Of a stretch of 64,000 nt of DNA, positions 9,966-19,207 are shown piece by piece. How positions within the stretch are numbered: the first letter of the stretch is position 1; each line of letters begins with the position of its first letter. The stretch covers positions 14,843 to 78,842 of the forward strand of contig JAEZZQ010000050.1 of assembly GCA_023442465.1 (NCBI GenBank), given 5' to 3'. This DNA is from Bacillota bacterium. Its GTDB lineage: Bacteria; Bacillota; Clostridia; Lachnospirales; Lachnospiraceae. The translations under genes were made by a program, and so were the position numbers. The notes beneath the pieces were generated by a model. It was not told the origin of the DNA, did not search any database, and worked only from the letters and a program-made list of their open reading frames with translations.

Positions 9966-10370
9966 TTAGGAGCGGACCTCCAGAAGCTCTATCATCCCGA
10001 GACTCGCGTTCATTAAAAAGGTCACGCGCATATTCTCCAGGGCAGGAGCTGGCGTGGGCATGTCGATGGCGGTATATCCGTTTTCGGTAAGGTATGCCAG
10101 GTCATTTTCGAAGTTGCGTGATTCGTAGCAAAGATGATAAGGCGTATTTTTATATTTTTTTAAAAGTCCCGCAACGACGGAGTCGGAACTGACCGGGGAG
10201 ACAAGCTCTACTACGTATCCATCCTTCTCCATAAAACAAATATTGATTTTGCGGTAATCATCATAGATGATATCCTGACGGAGCACATATCCAAGCTGTT
10301 GGAACTGTGCTGCTGCCGCATTTATTTTTTTCACTAAATATCCGATATGGTGTACTTTTAAATCTATCAT
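9966..10370 (-). CDS. VOC-family protein, methylmalonyl-CoA-epimerase/glyoxalase-like
   Basis: 134 aa with VHHIGYLV, ELVSP, YHLCYE and MIELLE segments that match the paired beta-alpha-beta-beta-beta metal-site pattern. An AGGAGG RBS is present. Confidence 0.75.
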   Translation of the reverse strand: MIDLKVHHIGYLVKKINAAAAQFQQLGYVLRQDIIYDDYRKINICFMEKDGYVVELVSPVSSDSVVAGLLKKYKNTPYHLCYESRNFENDLAYLTENGYTAIDMPTPAPALENMRVTFLMNASLGMIELLEVRS

Positions 10371-10400
10371 TGTATTTTCGAGTCCTCCTCATATTCGATA

Positions 10401-10430
10401 TTACGATTCAGCCTTCGGCTTCTTGATAAC
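10401..10430 (-). repeat. Solo 3' hairpin module of repeat family 2 (GTTATCAAGAAGCCGAAGGCTGAATCGTAA on the minus strand)
   Basis: It matches the GTTRCTATGRAGCCGTARGCTGAATAGTAAC module seen at 16413, 28893, 33622 and 33700. It ends 30 nt upstream of the VOC start. Confidence 0.6.
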
Positions 10431-10472
10431 AATTGATACAGCACTTGCAAGCCCGGAAAGGATTTCTTTTTT

Positions 10473-12008
10473 ATGGGAGCAACGTTTACATCCTTTTATT
10501 TTTTGTGCTTTTATGCATGTATATTAATTATATATTATCTGATTCCTCAAAAAACGCAATGGGTATTTTTGCTTTTATCCAGCATCGCGTATTATTTGCT
10601 CTCCGGAAACGGCATACTAATTTTGTATCCGGTCTGCGCATGTATTGCGGCATATGCGGGTATACGAATTATGGGCGGGACGGATAGCCTGAAGCGGAAA
10701 AGAGCTGCTCTGGCGGGAGTGGTCTTGCTGCTCGTCGGCTCTTTAGTAATGCTTAAGTATGTGAACTTCGGCATCAATACGGTAAATGGAATTGCAGGGC
10801 TATTTGGAAGTGAGGAGGCGGTACTTACCGGATTTAAACTTATGGTGCCTCTTGGAATATCCTTTTATACTTTTTCCATCCTCGGCTATGTGATAGACGT
10901 GTACAATGGAATTGCCGTGCCTCAGAAGAATTTTTTCAAAACGGCGCTGTATGGTATGTATTTTCCTTCTATTTTATCAGGACCTATTCTGCGGTATCGG
11001 GAGGACGGAGAACAGTTCTTCACACCTCATCCCTTCAACTATAGGGAAGTGACCTTCGGTTTGCAGCGAATGGTGTGGGGATTTTTCAAAACCTTGGTAA
11101 TTTCCGAGAGAATGCGCTTTGTGGTGGATACGGTTTACGGTAATTACGGAGATTATCCCGGCGCATACATATGGCTGGCTACGGTATGTTATGCGTTTCA
11201 GCTCTATACTAATTTCTCCGGTTGTATGGATATCGTTCTGGGAGTGTCTCAGACTTTCGGTCTAAAGCTTCCCGAAAACTTTGCTACTCCCTTTTTTGCA
11301 AAAAATATTTCGGAATACTGGAGAAGATGGCATATCACGCTGGGCGTATGGATGAAGGAATATGTGTTTTATCCGCTGCTTCGTACCGGAATCTTTAGCC
11401 GTCTTTCCAAAAATATGAGAGAACGGTTCGGTAAGAAGAGGGGAAAACAGCTCACTACCTTTCTGGCAATGTTCGTGCTTTGGTTTTCGGTGGGAATCTG
11501 GCATGGCGGGGATTGGAAGTACGTCATCGGTTCCGGTCTGCTGCACTGGTTCTACATCGTATCGGGAGAGCTTCTGACACCCTTTTTTAATAAGTTTATG
11601 GAAAGACTTCATATCGATCCGAAGAAAAGATGGGTGGATGTACTGCGCATGCTGCGCACATTCTTCCTCGTAAACATCGGTTTCGTGTTCTTCCGGGCGG
11701 ATAGTGCGGCGGATGCTTTTCATATGCTGAAGGGAGCGGTAAGCGTATGGAATGCCGGAATATTGTTTGACGGCTCCGTATTTACGCTGGGGCTGGATTT
11801 TATAGAATTTACAATAGCGATAGTATCCCTGCTCATTCTGTTTGCGGTATCTGTTATGCAGCAGAAGGAAAGCGTCAGGGAGCGGATTGAGAAGAAAAAA
11901 CTTCCCGTTCGGTGGATTATCTGGTATGCTCTTTTGTTCTATACCATATTGCTTGGAAATTATGGACCGGGATACAGTGCGGCGGAGTTTATCTATCAGG
12001 GCTTCTAA
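10473..12008 (+). CDS. MBOAT family O-acyltransferase, copy 2
   Basis: 511-aa multi-TM protein with the motif YWRRWHITLGVWMKEYVFYPL. No adjacent DltD-like gene. Confidence 0.85.
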   Translation: MGATFTSFYFLCFYACILIIYYLIPQKTQWVFLLLSSIAYYLLSGNGILILYPVCACIAAYAGIRIMGGTDSLKRKRAALAGVVLLLVGSLVMLKYVNFGINTVNGIAGLFGSEEAVLTGFKLMVPLGISFYTFSILGYVIDVYNGIAVPQKNFFKTALYGMYFPSILSGPILRYREDGEQFFTPHPFNYREVTFGLQRMVWGFFKTLVISERMRFVVDTVYGNYGDYPGAYIWLATVCYAFQLYTNFSGCMDIVLGVSQTFGLKLPENFATPFFAKNISEYWRRWHITLGVWMKEYVFYPLLRTGIFSRLSKNMRERFGKKRGKQLTTFLAMFVLWFSVGIWHGGDWKYVIGSGLLHWFYIVSGELLTPFFNKFMERLHIDPKKRWVDVLRMLRTFFLVNIGFVFFRADSAADAFHMLKGAVSVWNAGILFDGSVFTLGLDFIEFTIAIVSLLILFAVSVMQQKESVRERIEKKKLPVRWIIWYALLFYTILLGNYGPGYSAAEFIYQGF

Positions 12009-12084
12009 GAGCGGGAACGGGCTGTCTATCGGTTATTTTGATAGACGGGCATGCGATACTCTGCTAAAATAGAAAAAGCATGAA

Positions 12085-12121
12085 GGAAATGATTGTTACT
12101 GAGAACGGAGTGAACAGTAAC
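12085..12121 (+). repeat. Solo 3' hairpin module of repeat family 1 (GTTACTGAGAACGGAGTGAACAGTAAC)
   Basis: It is identical to the 3' end of the full copies and ends 32 nt upstream of ATG 12154. Confidence 0.7.
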
Positions 12122-12153
12122 ACATGATTGGAAGGAAACTGGAGAGAGTTAAA

Positions 12154-13095
12154 ATGGATAAAATTGCGGTTTTGATACCATGCTACAATGAAGAAAAAAC
12201 GATTGCAAAGGTAGTGGCCGATACGAAGAAGGCGCTGCCGGAAGCGGTGGTTTATGTATATGACAACAATTCTACGGATCGTACGGTTGAACTGGCGACT
12301 GCGGCGGGGGCCGTAGTGCGGCATGAATATATGCAGGGAAAAGGGAATGTGATCCGCAGGATGTTCCGTGAAATCGATGCCCAGTGTTATGTCATGGTGG
12401 ATGGAGATGACACTTATCCTATGGAATATGCTCCGGAGATGGTGGAGAAGGTGCTCGAACACCATGCGGATATGGTGGTGGGAGACAGGCTTTCCTCCAC
12501 ATATTTTACTGAAAATAAAAGGCCCTTTCACAATTTGGGAAACAGTCTTGTAAGAGGCACGATCAATCGTCTGTTCGGATGTGAGATCAAAGACATTATG
12601 ACGGGATTTCGAGCATTCAGCTATGGCTTTGTCAAGACTTTTCCGGTACTTTCCAAGGGCTTTGAGATAGAGACAGAGATGACCATACACGCCGTGTTTA
12701 ACAACATGCAGATTGAAAATGTAATCGTAGACTACAGGGACAGGCCTGAGGGCAGCCAGTCCAAGTTGAATACTTACTCGGACGGAATGAGAGTGCTCGG
12801 AACGATTGGAAGGCTGTATAAGGATTACAAGCCTTTTGGCTTTTTTTCTCTGCTGGCGCTTATTCTTGCAGTAATCGCTACTGTATTCTTCATCCCAATA
12901 TTGGTGGCTTTTATAAGAACCGGGGTGGTGGATAAGTTTCCTACACTGTTTGTTTGCTGTTTCGTTATGCTGGCGGCAGTTCAGGCCTTTTTCTCCGGCA
13001 TGATTCTGTCCAATATGGCGCTGAAAAACAGAAGGGACTTCGAATTCCGTTTGAACATGATTCAGGGGAAGATAAAAAATGATGATGTGGATTAA
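12154..13095 (+). CDS. Membrane-anchored GT2 glycosyltransferase of the GtrB/CsbB type (polyprenyl-phosphate sugar synthase)
   Basis: IAVLIPCYNEEKTI, the DGDDTYP DXD motif and two C-terminal TM helices. The RBS GGAGAGAG precedes ATG 12154. Confidence 0.85.
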   Translation: MDKIAVLIPCYNEEKTIAKVVADTKKALPEAVVYVYDNNSTDRTVELATAAGAVVRHEYMQGKGNVIRRMFREIDAQCYVMVDGDDTYPMEYAPEMVEKVLEHHADMVVGDRLSSTYFTENKRPFHNLGNSLVRGTINRLFGCEIKDIMTGFRAFSYGFVKTFPVLSKGFEIETEMTIHAVFNNMQIENVIVDYRDRPEGSQSKLNTYSDGMRVLGTIGRLYKDYKPFGFFSLLALILAVIATVFFIPILVAFIRTGVVDKFPTLFVCCFVMLAAVQAFFSGMILSNMALKNRRDFEFRLNMIQGKIKNDDVD

Positions 13096-14503
13096 AAAAA
13101 TAAAAAAATATACAACTTCTTTGGAAAAATGGGATATGGGCCTGCTCATCGTATGTTTGGGCTTCTATCTCTTTTTTCCGTTTTACGACGGGCCGGTGTG
13201 GTGCGCAGATTCTCCCAGCTATGCAACTATGAACATTACGAGGGAGCCTTTATATCCTACGTTTCTATGGATATTTCGCAGCCTGTTCGGCGAAGAAGGG
13301 TATCTCATGCCCGTGGTGATCATTCAAAGCCTCCTCGCAGCGTATGCGACGTGGAAACTGGCTGTTACCGTGAAAAAATATAAAGCCGGCAGCCGGCTGC
13401 TGGCTTTTTTGTCCGTATGCTTTCAGTTCGGTGTAACGTTTCTCTGCCGCTTTGTGGCGATTAGAGGTTCTTCGTATATCGACAGCATTATGACCGAAGG
13501 GCTCGGCTTATCTCTCTATGTACTCTTTATCGTTCAGCTATACAAATATATTATGGAAGAAAAGATGCGTAATCTGGCGGCGACAGCATGCTTTGCCCTG
13601 CTTCTCGTTAATCTCCGCAAGCAGATGCTCATTTCACTTGCTTTGATGGCAGCGGTATTTATCCTATATTATCTCATAAAAAAGAGGAACATGAAAAAGC
13701 TGCTGTTATTGCTGGGACTGACCGTATGCTTATTTTTTGCCGGCAAGCTTTCAGACCGCTTTTACAACTATTGCGTCAGGGGCGTTTGGATGGAACATTC
13801 CGGCAACTCTATGGGGATGCTGTGCACATTGATTTATACCTCCGAGGAGGGGGACGCTTCTTTGTTCGAGGATGAGACGGTGCGCGGCCTATATGAGGAG
13901 ATTCTTGCGCAGGCAAACGAGCAGGGGCTTCGCAAGATGTATGCGCCTGAAGGATGGGTGGATTTATCTACTCATTATGCGGACAGCTACGATGCCATAG
14001 GTTATGGTATCATCAATCCGGTGGTTCAGGAATATATTGCAGAGCATTTTGAATATTCGGAAATAGATGCGGTACTTCAATATGATATATATTGTAATTC
14101 GATGGCAAAGACGCTGCTTTTGCAAGGGACACACTTTGATACGGGTGATTTGCTTCAGGTCTTTTTGGCAAATACGTGGAAGGGCTTTGTTAATTCCATC
14201 GCAAGGGTGAATACTTATCTGAATTTATATGCGGTTTTGGCATATGTGCTCTATCTTCTTTTGTACGTGTATTCTTCTTGCGAAGGCAGCAAGCCGAATG
14301 CAAGCCGAAAAGGGTGGAGGTTACCGGACAGTACGCTGACCATGGCAGAGATTGTGATCGGCGGAGTGATTGTGAATTCCATTGTGGTAGGGGCCATGAT
14401 ATTTACGCAGCCCCGCTATATGATTTATAATATGGGGTTGTTTTATACAGCATTGTCTCTGTTGGCATACGATTTACTTCCTTGGAAGGGGAGAAAGCAG
14501 TGA
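13079..14503 (+). CDS. Polytopic membrane protein, candidate GT-C-type extracytoplasmic glycosyltransferase
   Basis: 474-aa hydrophobic protein. Its start overlaps the GT2 stop, and its position matches the GtrC/YfhO slot of three-component glycosylation systems. Confidence 0.55.
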   Translation: MMMWIKKIKKYTTSLEKWDMGLLIVCLGFYLFFPFYDGPVWCADSPSYATMNITREPLYPTFLWIFRSLFGEEGYLMPVVIIQSLLAAYATWKLAVTVKKYKAGSRLLAFLSVCFQFGVTFLCRFVAIRGSSYIDSIMTEGLGLSLYVLFIVQLYKYIMEEKMRNLAATACFALLLVNLRKQMLISLALMAAVFILYYLIKKRNMKKLLLLLGLTVCLFFAGKLSDRFYNYCVRGVWMEHSGNSMGMLCTLIYTSEEGDASLFEDETVRGLYEEILAQANEQGLRKMYAPEGWVDLSTHYADSYDAIGYGIINPVVQEYIAEHFEYSEIDAVLQYDIYCNSMAKTLLLQGTHFDTGDLLQVFLANTWKGFVNSIARVNTYLNLYAVLAYVLYLLLYVYSSCEGSKPNASRKGWRLPDSTLTMAEIVIGGVIVNSIVVGAMIFTQPRYMIYNMGLFYTALSLLAYDLLPWKGRKQ

Positions 14504-14575
14504 GGTGTATTCCGGTAAAAATTGGGGGACTTTGAAGAAATATGATTTGAATATGGATAAGGGTAAGGATGATAG

Positions 14576-16348
14576 ATGATTAAGAGGGTGTTTAATTACT
14601 GGTATTTGGTTTTGATTGGAGCATTTTTTGCAGTATCGATCGGGGTTTATGCTTGCTTTGGCGAGGAAAGTTATATTGCTGTACATGATAATCTTGACCT
14701 GTTCGTGGCGCAGTTCCAGATGATGAAAAATACAGGGAGCTTTTTTGCCCATAATGTGGAAGCCCCCTTTTTAGGAGGAATCAGCAGGGATAATCTCCCT
14801 TCAGAGCTTTCGCTTTATACAGTGCTGTTTATGTGTCTGCCTTCCTTCGCGGCGTATATAACGGGATATTTTCTTAAGATAGTGATAGCGATGGTTTCGG
14901 TATGGCTGCTGGCAGGGGACTGGTACGCAGAGAAGAGGAAAGAGTATCGTTCGCTTGTAGCACTGCTTGGTTTTGCCTATGGGGCTTTGAACATGTTTCC
15001 TGCTTTTGGAATTCCGTTCACCTCTATCCCGCTTGTCATTTACTTACTGAGAAGGATATATAAGAAGCCCTCGGTTTGGTTATATTTAGCCCTTTTTTGT
15101 TATCCTTTTTTGTCTTATTTTTCTTATTTCGGTTTTTTTATTCTCGCTTACCTTACCGTTGCTGTTATCTGGCTTGCCATTCGGGATAAAAAGCTTTCCA
15201 AAGCCTTACTGCTTGCACTTTTTGTGCTTGGGGCAGGATACGTGGCCTTTGAATACCGCCTGTTTAGCGTAATGCTTTTTAGCGATACGCAGACGATTCG
15301 CGCTACCATGGTGGAGGCGGATTTAACGGCGGGAGAGGTTCTGAGACAGATTGGGGACGTGTGGAAAAATGGAATGTTCCATGCGGAAAGCGTACATGGG
15401 AAGCTGGTACTTCCGGTTTGCATCTTATATTTTATTTATCTGAACGGTAAATATATGAAGGATAGAAATTGGAGGGGGATTTTTCATGACAGCTATAACC
15501 TTCTCATCTTTGTGATTTTATTTAACAGCATAATATACGGAATTTATAATTGGGGCGGCTTTCGCAGGCTGGTGGAAACTCTTCTGCCGCCGCTCAAGGG
15601 ATTTCAATTTAATAGGACAGTATTTTTCAGCCCGTTTTTATGGTATGCGTCTTTCTTTATGGTGCTGCAGCGTCTTTGTGATTGCCGGAGCTTGCCTTTT
15701 CTGGGAAAAATAAAGGAGAAAGATGTGTTGAAATGGCTGACAAGCGGTCTTGCGAATGGGCTGGCACTAGCTTCGATTGCCATTATCCTTCTGACTCCCG
15801 GCAGGTATAACGATTGGTACGCCACCTGCAAAAATAAGACATTAGAGCTGGCCAAGGGAAAAGTGGCCGATGATATGTCCTATGGGGAATTCTATTCTAC
15901 GGAATTATTTACGGAAATCAAAGAGGACATCGGTTATGGCGGCGAATGGGCCGTAGCATATGGAATTCATCCGGCGGTATTAGAATATAACGGCATTGCT
16001 ACGCTGGACGGTTATCTGGGTTTTTATTCCCAGCAATATAAAGAAGAGTTTCGCAAGGTGATAGCTCCTGCGCTGGAAAGGGTGGAAGCCAGCAGGATTT
16101 ATTATGACGACTGGGGGGCACGGGTGTATGTGTATTCCGGGACGGATGTTTCCGTAGTAAGTGCTACAAAGACAATACATGTAACTGATCATGATTTATA
16201 TATGGATACCGGGGCTTTTAAGGAATTGGGGGGGAAGTATATTTTTTCCCGGATTGAGCTTGGAAACGCGAAGGCGCTGGGACTTACGCTCGTGAAGGCA
16301 TATGAACAGGAGAAGTCACCTTATATAATTTATTTATATGAAAAATAG
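14576..16348 (+). CDS. Large polytopic membrane protein with a C-terminal soluble domain (DUF6044-like)
   Basis: 590-aa ORF with a hydrophobic N-terminal two-thirds. The family name is from memory only. Confidence 0.55.
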   Translation: MIKRVFNYWYLVLIGAFFAVSIGVYACFGEESYIAVHDNLDLFVAQFQMMKNTGSFFAHNVEAPFLGGISRDNLPSELSLYTVLFMCLPSFAAYITGYFLKIVIAMVSVWLLAGDWYAEKRKEYRSLVALLGFAYGALNMFPAFGIPFTSIPLVIYLLRRIYKKPSVWLYLALFCYPFLSYFSYFGFFILAYLTVAVIWLAIRDKKLSKALLLALFVLGAGYVAFEYRLFSVMLFSDTQTIRATMVEADLTAGEVLRQIGDVWKNGMFHAESVHGKLVLPVCILYFIYLNGKYMKDRNWRGIFHDSYNLLIFVILFNSIIYGIYNWGGFRRLVETLLPPLKGFQFNRTVFFSPFLWYASFFMVLQRLCDCRSLPFLGKIKEKDVLKWLTSGLANGLALASIAIILLTPGRYNDWYATCKNKTLELAKGKVADDMSYGEFYSTELFTEIKEDIGYGGEWAVAYGIHPAVLEYNGIATLDGYLGFYSQQYKEEFRKVIAPALERVEASRIYYDDWGARVYVYSGTDVSVVSATKTIHVTDHDLYMDTGAFKELGGKYIFSRIELGNAKALGLTLVKAYEQEKSPYIIYLYEK

Positions 16349-16443
16349 AGCTGTGCTGCCGAAGTGCTTGGCGGTGAGAGTGTGCGAAGCACACTTTTGT
16401 TCTACATTAATTGTTACTATGGAGCCGTAGGCTGAATAGTGGC
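16349..16443 (+). repeat. Composite intergenic repeat (family 2 variant) ending in the 3' hairpin module
   Basis: It shares AGCTGTGCTGCC and GCGAAGCACACTTTTGT blocks with 28792-28812 and, in inverse orientation, with 32538-32585. It ends GTTACTATGGAGCCGTAGGCTGAATAGTGG. Confidence 0.7.
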
Positions 16444-16462
16444 AGAAGGAGAAATGAGATGT

Positions 16463-17983
16463 ATGAAAGGTTTGACATTTAGGCGGGAAGGGAATGAAGG
16501 TAAGTGGGAACTGGCGGGAGAGATTGTTTTTTATTTGCTCGTGTTCGCGGCGATTGCCTGTTTTGCTATGTTTCAGACTTATGGAGATCCACCGGATGAA
16601 ATCAATCGGTTCAAGGTGGTAAACTTTATTAGGAATCATGGAAGGCTGCCTTATGGCGGGGACCCGGAGGTAATATTAAGCGGTTATGGGGCTTCGTATG
16701 CTTTTCAGCCGATATTGACTTATATTATACAAGGATATCTGCTTCGGTTTTTAGGGCTGTTTACCGCTGACGGATATGTGCTTCTTCTTGCGGCGCGGAT
16801 GGTGAACGTGTGTTTCGGTGTGCTAATGGCATATTTTGTGCGCCTTATTTCCAAGGAGGCGTGGAGGAACCCTTATATTCAGTGGACTTTTACGCTGTTG
16901 GTTGTTTTCCTGCCCCAGAATATCTTTATTCATTCCTATGTCAATACGGATTCTATGGCGATGCTATCGGTCTCTGTCATATTTTATGCTCTTTTGCGTG
17001 CACAGCGTAGGGGCTATGATAAGAAGGATTGTCTTCTGTTGGCGGCAGGAATTATACTGTGTGCAATGTCCTACTATAATGCTTACGGTATTATTTTGGC
17101 GGCGATACTTATTTTTATCATAAGCTTTATAGATATGGTGCCTGCTCAGGGAGACGGAGACGGGAAAAGGAAGCAAAAGGTACAGTGGCGGCAAATGTTC
17201 CGAAAAGGAAGCCTTATATCCGTTATTGTCTTGCTCGGTATAGGTTGGTGGTTTATTCGCAATGCGATTCTTTACGGAGGAGATATTATAGCGATGAATG
17301 CCCGCCTGGAATGCGCCATAGAGACCGCCACGGCGGAGTTTAATCCCTTGACACGCTTTACCTATCAGAAAGAGGGGATTCCCTTAAATGAGATGTTGTT
17401 CGATACGGGATATATTACCCTGCTCAGAGACAGTTTCATCGCGATGTTCGGGCCGATGCTGATTCCTACGCATGGGCTAATTTATATATTTTATAAGCGT
17501 CTGTGGATAATAGCTTGTGTAGTGGCATTATTACCGGTTAAGGCAATAGGAGAGATATTTGCAAGAAGAAGTGAAGGCGTTGAGAAAGGCGGAAGGAATC
17601 TGCAAGAGGAAGCTTTTATATGGGAGTCTTATCGCAATACGAATAAAAAGGATGTAGCTGCTTTTTATACCTGTATGGCTTTATTCTGTGCGATAACGAT
17701 TGGACTCAGCATTTATTATTCCTATACATGGGAATTTCAGCCTCAGGGAAGGTATATCCTGCCGGTTTTGATTCCGTTCATGTATCTGGTGACAATAGGA
17801 GTTCAAAAGGCGTGTATAGTTCTTGAACGGATTCGGATGAGAATTGTTGGTAAAGTGCTTTGCCTGGGAATTATGGCATACGTGATGCTTTCCTTTGCCT
17901 ACAGTCTTTTTGACCGCTTTATACCGTATTATTTGCAGGGAGAAAACATGTTTTCTATGTATGGGAATGTCTTTGTGCCATAA
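16463..17983 (+). CDS. GT-C fold glycosyltransferase (PMT/ArnT-like, GT39/GT83-type)
   Basis: Multi-TM protein with the first-loop acidic motif YGDPPDEINRF. The start is uncertain (16439 GTG, 16454 or 16463 ATG); AAGGAG lies at 16446-16451. Confidence 0.65.
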   Translation: MKGLTFRREGNEGKWELAGEIVFYLLVFAAIACFAMFQTYGDPPDEINRFKVVNFIRNHGRLPYGGDPEVILSGYGASYAFQPILTYIIQGYLLRFLGLFTADGYVLLLAARMVNVCFGVLMAYFVRLISKEAWRNPYIQWTFTLLVVFLPQNIFIHSYVNTDSMAMLSVSVIFYALLRAQRRGYDKKDCLLLAAGIILCAMSYYNAYGIILAAILIFIISFIDMVPAQGDGDGKRKQKVQWRQMFRKGSLISVIVLLGIGWWFIRNAILYGGDIIAMNARLECAIETATAEFNPLTRFTYQKEGIPLNEMLFDTGYITLLRDSFIAMFGPMLIPTHGLIYIFYKRLWIIACVVALLPVKAIGEIFARRSEGVEKGGRNLQEEAFIWESYRNTNKKDVAAFYTCMALFCAITIGLSIYYSYTWEFQPQGRYILPVLIPFMYLVTIGVQKACIVLERIRMRIVGKVLCLGIMAYVMLSFAYSLFDRFIPYYLQGENMFSMYGNVFVP

Positions 17984-18015
17984 ATACCCGTATATAGCAT
18001 GCTATATACCTTATC

Positions 18016-18044
18016 TTGACCATATTCAGGTTGGATGGTATGAT
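18016..18044 (+). promoter_or_regulatory. Candidate promoter TTGACC-17-TATGAT for the radical SAM gene
   Basis: Hexamers are at 18016-18021 and 18039-18044 with a 17-nt spacer. Confidence 0.45.
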
Positions 18045-18156
18045 AGAAACCGACGTTACTATTGAACAATACGATAATACCTTGCATAGTTTGCAGTTTT
18101 AGAATCAGAGCTACTTAAGAGTTTCTTTTACTTTCGAAAGGAGAACGTTTACAGAC

Positions 18157-19134
18157 ATGGCGGTAAGAATACATAACTTTTTGGGAAGATTAGGGTGGAA
18201 CGCGAGGAAGTATCTCCCGATGCTGTCCAGTGAAAGCTATCTGAAACTTCAGTTTATAACAAGAAGGAAATTACAGAAAAATTATATAGATTATTTTATG
18301 GGAGAAGAAGTTCCCATGCCTTTAGTTGTAAATTTAGAGACAATCAACCGCTGCAACAGTACGTGCGAGTTCTGTACGGCTAACAAAAATGCAGAAAAGA
18401 GGCCCTATAAACGTATGGAGGACGAGTTGTTCTATAGCATCATCGACCAACTGGCAGAGTGGGGATATAAAGGGCATCTGACGATGTATGGAAATAATGA
18501 ACCGTGGCTGGATACCCGGATTGTGGAGTTTCATAAATATGCCAGAGAAAAGCTTCCCGAGGCGTTCATTTTCATGTCTACGAACGGGCTTTTGCTTAAT
18601 GTGGACAAGGTGAAGGCGATTATTCCCTATGTGGACCAGCTCATTATCAATAACTACGGTTTGGACATGAAGCTTCACGATAACATTCAGGTTGTCTATG
18701 ATTATATCAAGGCTCATCCGCAGGAATTTGGGGATGTGGATATACTGATTCAGATGCGCTACTTAAAAGAGGTGCTTACCAACCGCGCAGGCAGTGCTCC
18801 GAATAAGAAGGCTACTGAAAAGGTTATTACGGAAACCTGTCTTATGCCCTACACGGATATGTGGATTATGCCTAACGGTAAATTGGGAATTTGCTGCTGC
18901 GATAATTTCGAGGTGACGGACTTGGCAGATTTGCATGATATGCCGTTAAAAGACGCATGGAACAGTAAGAAGTATCAGGAGCTTCGAAAGGCAATCCGGA
19001 CGGGAAGACAGAATTATCCGTTCTGTAAGCATTGTGACTTTATCGATGCGGGGCTCCGCATGGATGCGGTGGATGATGTACTGAAGAATAATGGTAAAAT
19101 ACACGGGGCGAGACAGTCCATGTTTAAAAAGTAG
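18157..19134 (+). CDS. Radical SAM enzyme with a SPASM-type C-terminal cysteine cluster
   Basis: CNSTCEFC (CX3CX2C) lies near residue 66. C-terminal cysteines are LGICCCDNF and PFCKHCDF. Confidence 0.85.
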   Translation: MAVRIHNFLGRLGWNARKYLPMLSSESYLKLQFITRRKLQKNYIDYFMGEEVPMPLVVNLETINRCNSTCEFCTANKNAEKRPYKRMEDELFYSIIDQLAEWGYKGHLTMYGNNEPWLDTRIVEFHKYAREKLPEAFIFMSTNGLLLNVDKVKAIIPYVDQLIINNYGLDMKLHDNIQVVYDYIKAHPQEFGDVDILIQMRYLKEVLTNRAGSAPNKKATEKVITETCLMPYTDMWIMPNGKLGICCCDNFEVTDLADLHDMPLKDAWNSKKYQELRKAIRTGRQNYPFCKHCDFIDAGLRMDAVDDVLKNNGKIHGARQSMFKK

Positions 19135-19140
19135 TTAAGT

Positions 19141-19172
19141 AAAAGGGACGGCAGCGGCAGTCCCTTTTATTA
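19141..19172 (+). terminator. Rho-independent terminator
   Basis: AAAAGGGAC / GTCCCTTTT stem followed by a T-rich tail. Confidence 0.7.
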
Positions 19173-19207
19173 GTAGAATTTCGGATTAGGAGAAGGAGAA
19201 TGGTGAA

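Noticed and set aside
12064-13149. A 361-aa minus-strand ORF antisense to the GtrB-like GT2
   Set aside because: It is fully antisense to a CDS with clear GT2 motifs. Its composition is His/Arg-rich and it has no RBS. The long antisense ORFs at 37772-38497, 39926-40669, 54750-55475, 50004-50603 and 62627-63454 are rejected on the same logic.
14474-14752. A 92-aa minus-strand ORF spanning the 14503-14576 intergenic gap
   Set aside because: It overlaps the ends of two co-directional membrane-protein genes on the opposite strand and has no RBS or motif.
17990-18009. The 20-bp perfect palindrome GTATATAGCATGCTATATAC after the GT-C gene, as an operator site
   Set aside because: It lies 7 nt after the stop codon and is followed by a T-containing tail, so a weak terminator hairpin is the simpler reading. 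The sequence alone does not support a regulatory role.
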